Part shown: positions 52,528 to 61,872 of the stretch, piece by piece
Numbering within the stretch: position 1 is the first letter of the stretch
Layout of the letters: every line of letters begins with the position of its first letter
Assembly: GCA_946629065.1 (NCBI GenBank)
Contig: CAMOXK010000001.1
Location: 19,054-83,053, forward strand
Length of the DNA stretch: 64,000 nucleotides
Source of the DNA: an uncultured Clostridia bacterium
Lineage (GTDB): Bacteria; Bacillota; Clostridia; Oscillospirales; Oscillospiraceae
Direction of reading: 5' to 3'
Position numbers and translations under genes: made by a program
Notes under the pieces: model-generated
The model's input: only the letters and a program-made list of their open reading frames with translations
What the model was told of the DNA's origin: nothing
The model's database searches: none

Positions 52528-54792
52528 TCATTTTCCCAAAAAGATCTCGACCGTACCGTTCAAATCGGTGCGATAGATGCTGTATCCGTAAGCAGCAAGT
52601 CTTTCCAGCGTTTCATAGGTCGGGTGACCGAAAGTATTATAACCGACGCTGATGACCGCCGTATCCGCACCGATGCTGCCAAGAAGCTCCCCGGAGCTGG
52701 AGTAACGGGAGCCATGGTGGCCCACGATCAGCAGTTCCAGATCCCGGAGTGGATATCTGGCCAGCAGCTCCTTTTCCGCCGCTTTCGGGGCGTCTCCCGT
52801 GACAAGCATGTCATAACTGCCGATGGAATACTCCATCATCATGCAGCGCTCATTGGCATCTCCCTGCCCGGCAGGAGCAAAAATTCTGGCATGGATTGCG
52901 CCGAAATTCCGCTCTTCGTCCTGAGAAACATACTGTACAGCCGTTCCGTGTCGTGCTGCTGCGTCCAGGATTTCCGCAAGCAGGCCGTCCTCGTCCTCCA
53001 CATCCGCGGGAAGGATCATCTGTCGAACGGGAAGCATGTCCATCAACATGGTAACGCCATTGCAATGATCCGCATGCAGATGGGTCAGCAACAGCGCGTC
53101 AACCTGCCTGCGACCGCTTGCCATAAGATAGGATCCGGTTCGTTCTCCGGCGTTATCCAAAGTATAGATGCTGCCGCAGTCTATGACAAGAGTCTCTTCC
53201 CCCTGCATGACCACAAGACTCTGCCCCTGACCGACATCCACCGCGGTGATAACGCCATCCGGCCGATCGTAATGATGGCGTGCCGCCAGGAGCAAAAGCG
53301 CCAGCATACCGATGGAAAGCATTGCCGGAAAGAAATAACGGAGCCAGACTCTGATCCTGCTGAAGGCAAACAGCAGCGCCAGCAAATAGACGAGCAGGAC
53401 CCAGAGATAGGAGGGCAGAGACCGAAGATAGAGCATGGCAAAAAAGAGCGAAGACACCGCTCTTGCCACGAAAAAGAGATACCGGGCAAGCCAGGATACG
53501 AGCCAGGCGGCAGCGATCCCAAGCGGCTGAAGGACCGCACCAAGAAGACAACTCAAGTATCCGCCGCTGAAGCACAGCGACACCGCCCATAGTCCCAAAA
53601 CGTTGGTGACAGGTGAAAGAAGAGAAAGTGAATGAAAGTGCAGCACCATAAGCGGCGCGGAAAACGCCAGCACCGCAAGAGAGCTTGCTGCAGTGGAGAT
53701 CGGCCCACGAAGCCGATCGGCCCAATGCTCGGGAAACAGTCCGGAAAGACCAGCGTTGAAAGGTTCGGAAAGGAAGAGGATGCCAGCCATGGCAGAAAAG
53801 GACAGTTGTAGTCCCACGCTGCCTGCTGCATAGGGGTTTGCCAGCAGGATCAATCCAAGAGCCGCGGACAGCGATGTGATACTATCGTTTTCCCGGTTGA
53901 CCATGGGTGCGACCAGCAAGAAGCTTTGCATCACAGCGGCCCGAACAGCAGAGGCCGGAACTCCGGTGATGAAAACAAACAGCCACACAAGTCCCAGACA
54001 AAGAAGCGAAGAAGCCCGGGTTTTACCCAGTAAGAGCTGGAGAAGGCCTACCAGAAAGGCGATGTGCATGCCGGAAACTGCAACAATGTGCAGAAACCCG
54101 GCCCGATTCATGGCGAGATACAAACTTTGATCCTGATAGAGGTCCTGCTTATCGCCCAGCATGAGGGATTTCATAAAAGCTGCGGTATCCGCTGGGAAAA
54201 GGCGCTCTACCTGCGAAGCGATCTGTCGTTGAAGCCAGAGCGGGAAATAACGAAGTCCGATCTGTCCGGGGATCCGCTCCGGCTCTGATTTCAAATTCCC
54301 GGTCAAATAAACGCCCCGGGCCAAATAGGAATCATAGCGCTCACCGTAGCGTTCGTCTGCACGTTTCACGCGTGCAGAGCAGCAAAGCGTATCACCCGGT
54401 AAGAACTTTGAGAGCGCCTCCCCATCCGCATAAAGGACAAGCCTTCCTCCCGGAATATCCCCGCCGTTCAAAAGGATCTCCACTCTGCTATAATCCTCAT
54501 AGCTCTGCGGGTAAGCACAGACTTCTCCACGGATGTCCACAATTTCTCCGTCCAAAGCAAGCACTGGCCGGAGCGTAAACTGCGTACGAAGGAAAAAGAG
54601 CAGGAAGCCAAAGGCAAGCGCAAAAGCGGAAATAACAAATCCCCGGAGCCAGCGTTGTCCGGACAGGAGCAACGCAAGGCCGCAAAGCGCAAACCCCGAA
54701 GCCAACCAAGGAAGAATTCCCGAGGCCAGAAGATAACAGGCAAGGAAGATCGCGGAGGAAAAGCTGAAGCAGGCGATCGCGAGTTTGCGCAA
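52528..54792 (-). CDS. comEC: DNA internalisation competence protein ComEC/Rec2
   Basis: Polytopic competence domain plus a C-terminal metallo-beta-lactamase domain (LLLTHLHADH). TTG start. Confidence 0.92.
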   Translation of the reverse strand: MRKLAIACFSFSSAIFLACYLLASGILPWLASGFALCGLALLLSGQRWLRGFVISAFALAFGFLLFFLRTQFTLRPVLALDGEIVDIRGEVCAYPQSYEDYSRVEILLNGGDIPGGRLVLYADGEALSKFLPGDTLCCSARVKRADERYGERYDSYLARGVYLTGNLKSEPERIPGQIGLRYFPLWLQRQIASQVERLFPADTAAFMKSLMLGDKQDLYQDQSLYLAMNRAGFLHIVAVSGMHIAFLVGLLQLLLGKTRASSLLCLGLVWLFVFITGVPASAVRAAVMQSFLLVAPMVNRENDSITSLSAALGLILLANPYAAGSVGLQLSFSAMAGILFLSEPFNAGLSGLFPEHWADRLRGPISTAASSLAVLAFSAPLMVLHFHSLSLLSPVTNVLGLWAVSLCFSGGYLSCLLGAVLQPLGIAAAWLVSWLARYLFFVARAVSSLFFAMLYLRSLPSYLWVLLVYLLALLFAFSRIRVWLRYFFPAMLSIGMLALLLLAARHHYDRPDGVITAVDVGQGQSLVVMQGEETLVIDCGSIYTLDNAGERTGSYLMASGRRQVDALLLTHLHADHCNGVTMLMDMLPVRQMILPADVEDEDGLLAEILDAAARHGTAVQYVSQDEERNFGAIHARIFAPAGQGDANERCMMMEYSIGSYDMLVTGDAPKAAEKELLARYPLRDLELLIVGHHGSRYSSSGELLGSIGADTAVISVGYNTFGHPTYETLERLAAYGYSIYRTDLNGTVEIFLGK

Positions 54793-54807
54793 GCGCGCTC
54801 ACCACAC

Positions 54808-54845
54808 TTTCAAAACAACCGCAGAGAGGGATCTCTGCGGTTGTT
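54808..54845 (-). terminator. Terminator after the HIT gene
   Basis: 13-bp stem aacaaccgcagag / ctctgcggttgtt followed on the minus strand by ttgaaag. Confidence 0.7.
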
Positions 54846-54856
54846 GATTCTGTTGA

Positions 54857-55201
54857 TCAGAGGATCTTTTCGCTGAGCTTTACGCCGCCGATGAGGTGAA
54901 AATGCAGATGCATGACGGTTTGTCCGCCGTCTTCGCCGCAGTTGTTGATGACGCGGAAGCCGTTCATCAGTCCTTCCTGCTTTGCGATTTTGGCGATGGC
55001 TTCGAAGCACTTGGCGACATAGAGAGAATTATTTTCGTTGATGCCGCAGGCGCAGCAGATATGCTTCTTCGGAACCACAAGGATATGCACCGGCGCCTGT
55101 GGATTGATATCCCGGAAGGCAAACACGTACTCATCCTCATAGACCTTGGAGCTGGGGATCTCCCCCGCGATGATCCTGCAAAACAGGCAATCCTGATCCA
55201 T
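54857..55201 (-). CDS. HIT-family nucleotide hydrolase
   Basis: CLFCRI.. N-terminus and histidine triad HLHFHLIGG. Confidence 0.93.
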   Translation of the reverse strand: MDQDCLFCRIIAGEIPSSKVYEDEYVFAFRDINPQAPVHILVVPKKHICCACGINENNSLYVAKCFEAIAKIAKQEGLMNGFRVINNCGEDGGQTVMHLHFHLIGGVKLSEKIL

Positions 55202-55213
55202 GTTATCTCCTCC

Positions 55214-57850
55214 TCAAAGTTTGCTTTCCACAAAGCCCTCCACAGCGGAAAGGGCTTCCTTCAGCTTGCTGACATCGTTGCCCCCGCCCATGGCGGAATC
55301 GGGCTTGCCGCCGCCCTTGCCGCCGGCAATGGCGGTAATGTGCTTGATGATATCGCCTGCGCGGATTCCCTTGGCAACAGCATCCTTACCGCAGACACAC
55401 TGGAAGGTGATCTTTTCTCCGTTCACAGCGGAGATGACCGCTACCACAGCGCCGTCTTTATCGCGGAGCGCGTCACCCATCTTGCGCAGGGCCGCCGCGT
55501 CGCACTCACCCTGGCTGCAGGTGACCACGTGCAGGCCGCCCACATCCCTGGCGTTTTTCAGCAGCGTATCTGCGCCGCCGGCAGACTCCTTATCCTTATA
55601 CTGCTGGATCTGGCGTCTGGCTTCCTTGAGCTCAGCCGTCTGCTGTTCCACCTTCTGGAGCATATCGGCGGGATTGGCTTTGAACAGCGCGGAAACCGCG
55701 GAGATCGCCTCGATATCCCGGTGCAGGGTCTCCAGAGTACGCAGGCCGGTAGTGGCCTCGATGCGGCGTACACCAGAAGCAACAGAGCCCTCGGAGCTGA
55801 TGTGGAAAAGGCCGGCCTTGGCGGTGTTGCTCAGATGGGTGCCACCGCAAAGCTCAACGCTGTAATCGCCCATGCTGACCACACGGACCACATCACCGTA
55901 CTTTTCACCGAAAAGGGCGGTTGCGCCGCTCTTGCGAGCTTCCTCAATGGGCATCTCTTTGGTAACGACAGCAAGTCCTTCCAGAATTGCGGCGTTCACC
56001 GCTTCCTCAACCTGATTGAGCTCCTCAGGCGTCACAGCGGAAAAGTGGGTGAAGTCAAAGCGGAGAAAATCAGGCTCCACCAGAGAGCCCGCCTGATGCA
56101 CATGATCGCCCAGCACATCCCGCAGGGCCTTCTGGAGCAGATGCGTGGCACTGTGGGCGCGGGCGATGGAAGCGCGACGCTTTGCATCATAAGATGCGGT
56201 GATCGTGTCGCCCAGCTTCAGGACTCCCTCCTGAAGGATACCTGTGTGCATATACTTGCCGCCCTTGTTCTTCTGTACGTCGCTGACCTGGAAGCACAGA
56301 CCATTGGCAGAAAGGGTGCCATGATCGGCAACCTGGCCGCCCATCTCTGCATAGAGGGTCGTGCGGTCCAAAACCACAATGGCCTCAGTCCCGGCGGGGA
56401 TCTCCTCCCGGAACTCGCCATCGGCGACGATGGCAAGAACCTTGGCCTGAACCTGCTGCTTATCATAGCCCTCGAATACGGTCTCGGGGATCTCCTTGCC
56501 GAAACTGACACCGGCCCAACCCAGATCGCCCAGAGCGGCGCGGGCCTCGCGGGCGCGAACGCGCTGCTCCTGCATGAGCTGCTTGAAACCGTCCTCATCC
56601 ACGGTCATGCCCTCATCGCCGCACATCTCGATGGTCAGGTCAATGGGGAAGCCGTAGGTATCGTAGAGCTTGAAGGCGTCGGCGCCGGAGAAGGTGCTCT
56701 CCCCTTTTGCCTTATGCTCAGAGAGCATGTCATTGAAGATCTTCATACCTGCGTCGATGGTCTTGGCGAAGTTCTCCTCCTCGGTCTTCACCACGCGGGT
56801 GATGTATGCCTGCTTCTCCCGCAGCTCGGGATACTGGCACTCATTTTCGTGGATTACGGTATCGATGACCTCATAGAGGAAGGGCTCGTTCACGCCAAGG
56901 AGCTTGCCGTGGCGGGCAGCCCGGCGCAGCAGGCGGCGCAGCACATAGCCCCGGCCCTCGTTGGAGGGCAGAACGCCGTCACAAATCATGAAGGTAGCCG
57001 AGCGGATGTGGTCGGTGATGACACGCAGAGACACATCCATCTTGTGGCTCTTGCCGTAATAGGCGCCGGTAAGCTCGCTGACCTTGTGGGTGATGTTCAT
57101 CACGGTGTCCACGTCGAAGAGGGAATCCACGTCCTGGCAGACGACCGCCAGACGCTCCAGGCCCATGCCGGTATCGATGTTTTTCTGCTTCAGCTCGGTG
57201 TAATGGCCTTCGCCGTCGTTATCGAACTGTGAAAAGACGTTGTTCCATACCTCGATATAGCGGTCGCAGTCGCAGCCCACGGTGCAGTCCGGCTTGCCGC
57301 AGCCGTACTTCTCGCCGCGATCGTAATAGATCTCAGAGCAGGGGCCGCAGGGGCCGGCGCCGTGCTCCCAGAAGTTATCCTCTTTCCCGAAGCGGAAAAT
57401 GCGCTCCGGGGCGATGCCGATCTCCTTGTTCCAGATCTCAAAAGCCTCATCATCATCCACATAAACGGAGGGATAGAGGCGGTTCGGGTCCAGACCCACC
57501 CAGTCGGGGCTGGTCAGGAATTCCCAGCTCCAGTGGATGGCTTCCCGCTTGAAGTAATCACCGAAGGAGAAGTTGCCCAGCATCTCAAAATAGGTGCCGT
57601 GGCGGGCGGTCTTGCCGATGTTCTCAATGTCGCCGGTGCGGATGCACTTCTGGCAGGTGCAGACCCGGTGCCGGGGCGGCTCCTTCTCGCCCTTGAAATA
57701 GGGCTTCATGGGGGCCATGCCGGAGTTGATGAGCAGAAGGCTGGCGTCCCCCTGCGGGATCAGAGAGAAGCTGGGGAGGCGAAGATGCCCTTTGCTTTCG
57801 AAGAATTGCAGAAACATTTCGCGCAGTTGGTTGAGTCCGTACTTTTCCAT
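55214..57850 (-). CDS. alaS: Alanine--tRNA ligase
   Basis: 878 aa with class II core, editing domain HSATHLL / CGGTH, and C-terminal DHHA1 domain GGGKPD. Confidence 0.97.
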   Translation of the reverse strand: MEKYGLNQLREMFLQFFESKGHLRLPSFSLIPQGDASLLLINSGMAPMKPYFKGEKEPPRHRVCTCQKCIRTGDIENIGKTARHGTYFEMLGNFSFGDYFKREAIHWSWEFLTSPDWVGLDPNRLYPSVYVDDDEAFEIWNKEIGIAPERIFRFGKEDNFWEHGAGPCGPCSEIYYDRGEKYGCGKPDCTVGCDCDRYIEVWNNVFSQFDNDGEGHYTELKQKNIDTGMGLERLAVVCQDVDSLFDVDTVMNITHKVSELTGAYYGKSHKMDVSLRVITDHIRSATFMICDGVLPSNEGRGYVLRRLLRRAARHGKLLGVNEPFLYEVIDTVIHENECQYPELREKQAYITRVVKTEEENFAKTIDAGMKIFNDMLSEHKAKGESTFSGADAFKLYDTYGFPIDLTIEMCGDEGMTVDEDGFKQLMQEQRVRAREARAALGDLGWAGVSFGKEIPETVFEGYDKQQVQAKVLAIVADGEFREEIPAGTEAIVVLDRTTLYAEMGGQVADHGTLSANGLCFQVSDVQKNKGGKYMHTGILQEGVLKLGDTITASYDAKRRASIARAHSATHLLQKALRDVLGDHVHQAGSLVEPDFLRFDFTHFSAVTPEELNQVEEAVNAAILEGLAVVTKEMPIEEARKSGATALFGEKYGDVVRVVSMGDYSVELCGGTHLSNTAKAGLFHISSEGSVASGVRRIEATTGLRTLETLHRDIEAISAVSALFKANPADMLQKVEQQTAELKEARRQIQQYKDKESAGGADTLLKNARDVGGLHVVTCSQGECDAAALRKMGDALRDKDGAVVAVISAVNGEKITFQCVCGKDAVAKGIRAGDIIKHITAIAGGKGGGKPDSAMGGGNDVSKLKEALSAVEGFVESKL

Positions 57851-57869
57851 GTGTTCGTTTGTCCTCTCA

Positions 57870-58090
57870 AATAAAGATACCCCTGTCCCAAAAGGAACAG
57901 GGGCGAAATTACGTTCGCGGTACCACCCTGATTCGCCGCAAATCGCGGCCTCTCAGCGCCCTTAACGCAGGCATACGCCCCGGTCATCCCAGAGTGGCTC
58001 CGAAGTGGCCGCCGGTCAAAGCATGAGATCTCGCACCGCCCGATCTCTCTCTGAAATGCCTGGCACCGGCTCGTTTCGTCAACGCCGATG
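57870..58090 (-). promoter_or_regulatory. T-box riboswitch leader of alaS
   Basis: The minus strand has the conserved T-box core GGGUGGUACCGCG (plus 57917-57929), AGAGAG box, a candidate GCU (Ala) specifier at 58022-58020, and the terminator cccctgttcc/gggacagggg followed by a U-rich tract. Confidence 0.85.
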
Positions 58091-58092
58091 TA

Positions 58093-58120
58093 AATATACC
58101 ATAAATGCCTGAATTGTCAA
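58093..58120 (-). promoter_or_regulatory. Sigma-A type promoter for the alaS T-box leader
   Basis: Minus strand TTGACA (58120-58115), 16-nt spacer, TATATT (58098-58093). Confidence 0.6.
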
Positions 58121-58126
58121 GGAAAA

Positions 58127-58324
58127 TCACAGTTTCTTACCGCACCATGGACAATACCGGATGCGAATGAAAGCCTGTCCGCCGTCATGGATCGGGATCC
58201 CATAGGTTTGCGTGTCCTCGGAAAAAATCATGATATGATCCGGGCAGGCAAAGGGATCTTCGTGCTCCGGACAACGATAGGTCAAATGATATTGCATCTC
58301 TTCGCAGCAAAAGGGATCCGTCAT
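58127..58324 (-). CDS. Small Cys/His-rich protein, family not recognised
   Basis: 65 aa, MTDPFCCEEMQYHLTYRCPEHEDPFACPDH...YCPWCGKKL. The ATG overlaps the stop of the U32 gene (ATGA). The track start 58396 would lie inside the U32 gene. Confidence 0.65.
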   Translation of the reverse strand: MTDPFCCEEMQYHLTYRCPEHEDPFACPDHIMIFSEDTQTYGIPIHDGGQAFIRIRYCPWCGKKL

Positions 58325-59541
58325 GCCGAAGCGTCCTCCTGGATGATCTTCCGTACGATTGACAGAGCGGGTGCGGAAACCGGCAGTTGCATGCAAAAGC
58401 GCATCATGGCTCTCCGGGTGTCGGGAATAGAATTTCCCTCTTCATCGAACAGGTCGCCCGCCGTAAATGGGATCGGTTTGCCCTCCGGCAGCAACAGCTC
58501 CAATGTGTCCCCGGGAAAGATCTTGTTCCGTTGGGTCAGCACAGCCCTCCCCTGCTTGTCACAGCTTTCCACGATGGCTGCGATCTCCGCAGTGGAAAAA
58601 TAGCTCGCCTCCGCATAGTGCTGACCTGGTTCTCCGAAGTAAAAGCCGGTGGAATAGGGCCGATGGCTGCATTTGTCCGTTTCCTCTACCCAAAGTGGAT
58701 CCAGAGGCTTTCCGGCAAGTGCTTCGTCCAGCGCGTGACGATAGGCATTGGTAGTCACAGCCGTATAATAGGCAGATTTCATCCGGCCCTCGATTTTCAG
58801 ACTGGTGACGCCAGCCTCCAGCAATTCCGGCAGATGTTCGATCATGCGCATATCCCGGGAATTCAGAATATATGTACCGCCGTCCTCGGTGATCTCGAAA
58901 TACTGGCCGGGACGTTTTTCCTCCACCAGGTGATACTTCCAGCGGCAGGGCTGGGCGCACTGTCCCCGGTTTGCATCCCGGCCGGTGAAATAATTGGAAA
59001 GCAGGCAGCGCCCGGAAAAGCTGACGCACATGGCACCGTGGACAAAAGCCTCGATGCGAAGCTCTTTAGGCGTATTGGCCCGGATCTTCCGGATATCCTC
59101 CAAAGGCGTCTCTCTGGCCAGCACCACGGTATCAGCCCCCAGCGAGAAGAGGGCATTTGCCGCGGCGCTGTTGATAACACCAAACTGCGTACTGACGTGC
59201 TTTGCCAACTTTGGCGCATGGCGCTTGGCAAGCTCAAGGACACCAAGGTCTGCGATGATCAGCGCGTCTACGCCCGCATCCTGCAAGAATTCCAGATATC
59301 CGGGCAGTTCCCGCAGCTCCACCTCCAGGGGCAGCGTGTTGCAGGTCACATAGATCCTGGCGCCTCTTGCATGGGCATACTGAACAGCCCAACGGATATC
59401 TTCGTCGGAGAAGTTCACCGTGCTGGAGCGCATGCCGAACTGTCTGCCGGCCAGATACACCGCGTCCGCCCCATAAAGGATGGCCATTTTCAACCGCTCC
59501 CGGTCGCCGGCCGGGGACAGCAACTCCACTTTAGGCGCCAT
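58321..59541 (-). CDS. U32-family peptidase-like protein (RlhA/TrhP-type RNA hydroxylation factor family)
   Basis: MAPKVELLSPAGDRERLKMAILYGADAVYLAG is a typical U32 N-terminus. It lies next to mltG as in the Bacillus yrrL-yrrO locus. Start moved from 59613 to 59541. Confidence 0.88.
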   Translation of the reverse strand: MAPKVELLSPAGDRERLKMAILYGADAVYLAGRQFGMRSSTVNFSDEDIRWAVQYAHARGARIYVTCNTLPLEVELRELPGYLEFLQDAGVDALIIADLGVLELAKRHAPKLAKHVSTQFGVINSAAANALFSLGADTVVLARETPLEDIRKIRANTPKELRIEAFVHGAMCVSFSGRCLLSNYFTGRDANRGQCAQPCRWKYHLVEEKRPGQYFEITEDGGTYILNSRDMRMIEHLPELLEAGVTSLKIEGRMKSAYYTAVTTNAYRHALDEALAGKPLDPLWVEETDKCSHRPYSTGFYFGEPGQHYAEASYFSTAEIAAIVESCDKQGRAVLTQRNKIFPGDTLELLLPEGKPIPFTAGDLFDEEGNSIPDTRRAMMRFCMQLPVSAPALSIVRKIIQEDASA

Positions 59542-60850
59542 AGCCCTGGGACGCGACGAACTCGTCAAACTCATAGCTGTTGGTAAAGAAGCGGTGGGTA
59601 CCGGTCTCTTCATCCAGTGCGTAATAATAATAGCTGGTGCTGGCAGGGTTCAGCGCGGCCTTGATGGAGGCAAGACCGGGGTTGCAGATGGGTGTTGGCG
59701 GCAGGCCAACCCGGTCACGGGTGTTGTAGGGACTGTCTTCCGCCAGCATGGCAGCGGTGGGCGCTCCCTCATGCTCGGGATGGACATAGAGGATCGTGGC
59801 GTCAATGCCGAGTGGCATTCCGGTATTCAAACGGTTCATGATGACCGATGCGATCAGCGGCCGCTCCTCATCATTGGCAGCCTCCTTTTCGATCATGGAG
59901 GCAATGGTCACAATATCCCGGATCTCCATGCCGCTGTTCTCCAGCTGGACCTGCAGGTCATCGTTAAAGACATAGTGGAAGGTCTCCAGGAACTTGTTGA
60001 TGGCGCTGGCAGGCTGCATGTTCACATAGAACTCATAGGTGTCCGGGAACAGGTAACCCTCCAGGCGGCTGGCGTCTCCATCCTCCAGCTCCTCCAGGAA
60101 GCTGTACTTGAACTTATAAGAGGCAGCGGCGTCCATCAGCTCGTCAAAATCACTGACTCCATTCTCCTCAAGCAAAAGGAACATCTGCCGCATGTTAAGG
60201 CCTTCCGGGAAGGTTACTTTCACGGTAAGCGCACCGCCGGAATAAGGCGTCATGTGCTGGATCAGAGCGCGATAATCATAGGTAGAGTGAAGCTCGTATT
60301 CCCCCGGGGCAAGCTTGGTGTCCGCATGGGAGAATTTGCAGAACGCGTTGAAAAGCCATTTGTACTCAATGAGGCCCGCGTCTTTCAGCACGTCAGCCAC
60401 ATATTCCATATCCGCATGAGTCACGCGCTTGGTCCCGTCGGGATTGCCGTCCTCGTCATATTTGGCAACTGTCTCATACTCAAAAATGTTCATGGGCAGC
60501 GACACGGTGGCGGTCACCGTCTTCTTGTTCAGGGCAAGCATGTCACTGGCGGCCATCCAGCCAAGACAGGCCAGCACCAAGCTCAGGCAGATGATAAAGA
60601 GGAAATACATCACGCCGCCCAGACAGCCGGAGCGATATTCATGGCTCTGCCGGATGGGTCGATAATCCCGCTCGGATTCGGCGTCTCCGGTGTAATTGGC
60701 AGCCTGGCCCCGAGACTTGTTCAGCAGCAGACGGTCTACCGGGTTGTTCGCTTGCTTGCCGCTGCGAGAAGACACGGAGGGCTTTTCCTCTATGTGGGAC
60801 TGGACGCTCCCCTCATATAGCTCATACTGTTTATCGAAATCTTCGTTCAT
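59531..60850 (-). CDS. mltG: Endolytic murein transglycosylase MltG (YceG family)
   Basis: Cytoplasmic tail, one TM helix, and a YceG domain with ASMIEKEA and PTPICNPG motifs. Start moved to MNEDFDK (60850), which lies behind an AGGAGG SD. Confidence 0.9.
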   Translation of the reverse strand: MNEDFDKQYELYEGSVQSHIEEKPSVSSRSGKQANNPVDRLLLNKSRGQAANYTGDAESERDYRPIRQSHEYRSGCLGGVMYFLFIICLSLVLACLGWMAASDMLALNKKTVTATVSLPMNIFEYETVAKYDEDGNPDGTKRVTHADMEYVADVLKDAGLIEYKWLFNAFCKFSHADTKLAPGEYELHSTYDYRALIQHMTPYSGGALTVKVTFPEGLNMRQMFLLLEENGVSDFDELMDAAASYKFKYSFLEELEDGDASRLEGYLFPDTYEFYVNMQPASAINKFLETFHYVFNDDLQVQLENSGMEIRDIVTIASMIEKEAANDEERPLIASVIMNRLNTGMPLGIDATILYVHPEHEGAPTAAMLAEDSPYNTRDRVGLPPTPICNPGLASIKAALNPASTSYYYYALDEETGTHRFFTNSYEFDEFVASQGYGA

Positions 60851-60882
60851 CAGGGACCTCCTGGGGGTCGTTTGGAAAGGTA

Positions 60883-60910
60883 ACCGCAATGGGTCGGAAT
60901 GCATAGGATA
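60883..60910 (+). promoter_or_regulatory. Sigma-K-like promoter candidate upstream of the Cys-Gly peptide gene
   Basis: AC (60883-60884), 17 nt, CATAGGATA (60902-60910). This matches the B. subtilis sigma-K pattern AC-N16/17-CATAnnnTA. Confidence 0.3.
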
Positions 60911-61010
60911 GTTTGAACGGCGGGAAGCCGCCGTTCCCGATTTTCCTCAACGCACCGCCTGTTCCGCATGGCGGCAGCGAATTCTTGGATTGCGGAGAAA
61001 GGAAGCTGCT

Positions 61011-61145
61011 ATGTTCTGCAACAACTGCAATAACGGCGTTTGGATCATCATTCTGATCATCCTGCTCTTCGGCTGGGGCGGCAGCGGATTCGGCTGCGGC
61101 TGCGATAACAACAATGGCTGCGGCTGCGGTTGCGGCTGCAACTGA
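61011..61145 (+). CDS. 44-aa membrane micro-protein with Cys-Gly repeat tail
   Basis: It is below the 60-aa cutoff, so absent from the ORF track. Product: MFCNNCNNGVWIIILIILLFGWGGSGFGCGCDNNNGCGCGCGCN. SD GAGAAAGGAAG upstream, GC3-rich codons, and a terminator immediately downstream. Confidence 0.55.
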   Translation: MFCNNCNNGVWIIILIILLFGWGGSGFGCGCDNNNGCGCGCGCN

Positions 61146-61154
61146 GTCAAAGAA

Positions 61155-61191
61155 ACAAAAGCTTTGGGGCCTCTTCGGAGGCCCTGTTTTA
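61155..61191. terminator. Bidirectional terminator shared by the peptide gene and tmk
   Basis: Stem gggcctc ttcg gaggccc followed by tgtttta. On the other strand it is followed by gcttttgtttc. Confidence 0.75.
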
Positions 61192-61860
61192 TTCGATGGC
61201 GGAACGAAGAATGCGGTAGATCTCCTCGTTCTTCTCTTCCACTTCACGCTCTTGTCCGTCTTTCATGAAGGGGATCCTGGTCCAGCCGAAGAAATCGGCG
61301 GCACGCTCTGCTGTGCGCAAGCAGCGGCGCAGATATTCGATATCCTGCTCATGGATATCCGCATGGGTGTGGTTCTTAGCCTCCCGCCGACGCATACGGG
61401 CCAGAGAGGTCTCGATATCCACATCCAGGTAGATCACCAGATCAGGCCGGGGAAGGCCCATCTTCTCATACTCCAGATCGCTGAGCCAGTGGAAAAAGTC
61501 GGGCAGCTCCGCATCCGAAAGCTTGGAGCCCTGGTGAACGGCGTTGGAGGTAGTATATCGGTCGGAGAGGAAGAGTCCTCCATCTTCATAGGTGGAACCC
61601 CAGTCCTTCTTATAGGAGGCAAAACGATCCACAGCAAAGAATGTGGAGGCGGTATAAGCGTTCACATCATCGGGATGGGTACCGAATTCGCCGGCAAGAT
61701 ACATCCGGATCAGGGCGCTGCTGTCCTGGTCATAGCGGGGAAAGACAATATGATTATAGTCGATCCCGTCATTTTCCAATCTGGCACAGAGGCGGCGGAA
61801 CTGGGCAGATTTGCCGCTGCCGTCAATGCCCTCAAGAACGATCAGTTTTCCTTTGTTCAT
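61189..61860 (-). CDS. tmk: Thymidylate kinase family protein
   Basis: P-loop LEGIDGSGKS, FPRY and DRF/Y motifs. GAGAGGA SD. Confidence 0.85.
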   Translation of the reverse strand: MNKGKLIVLEGIDGSGKSAQFRRLCARLENDGIDYNHIVFPRYDQDSSALIRMYLAGEFGTHPDDVNAYTASTFFAVDRFASYKKDWGSTYEDGGLFLSDRYTTSNAVHQGSKLSDAELPDFFHWLSDLEYEKMGLPRPDLVIYLDVDIETSLARMRRREAKNHTHADIHEQDIEYLRRCLRTAERAADFFGWTRIPFMKDGQEREVEEKNEEIYRILRSAIE

Positions 61861-61872
61861 AATTATGTCCTC

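Noticed and set aside
54896-57232. 778-aa ORF on the plus strand
   Set aside because: It lies antisense to alaS, whose identity is unambiguous. The product is low-complexity and Ala/Gly/Leu-rich.
60831-61247. Minus-strand ORFs 60831..61247 (138 aa) and 60947..61150 (67 aa, Pro-Gln repeats)
   Set aside because: They are antisense readings of the (GGC TGC)n repeat of the plus-strand peptide gene. They have TTG starts or no start signals, they cross the tmk terminator, and their products are low-complexity.
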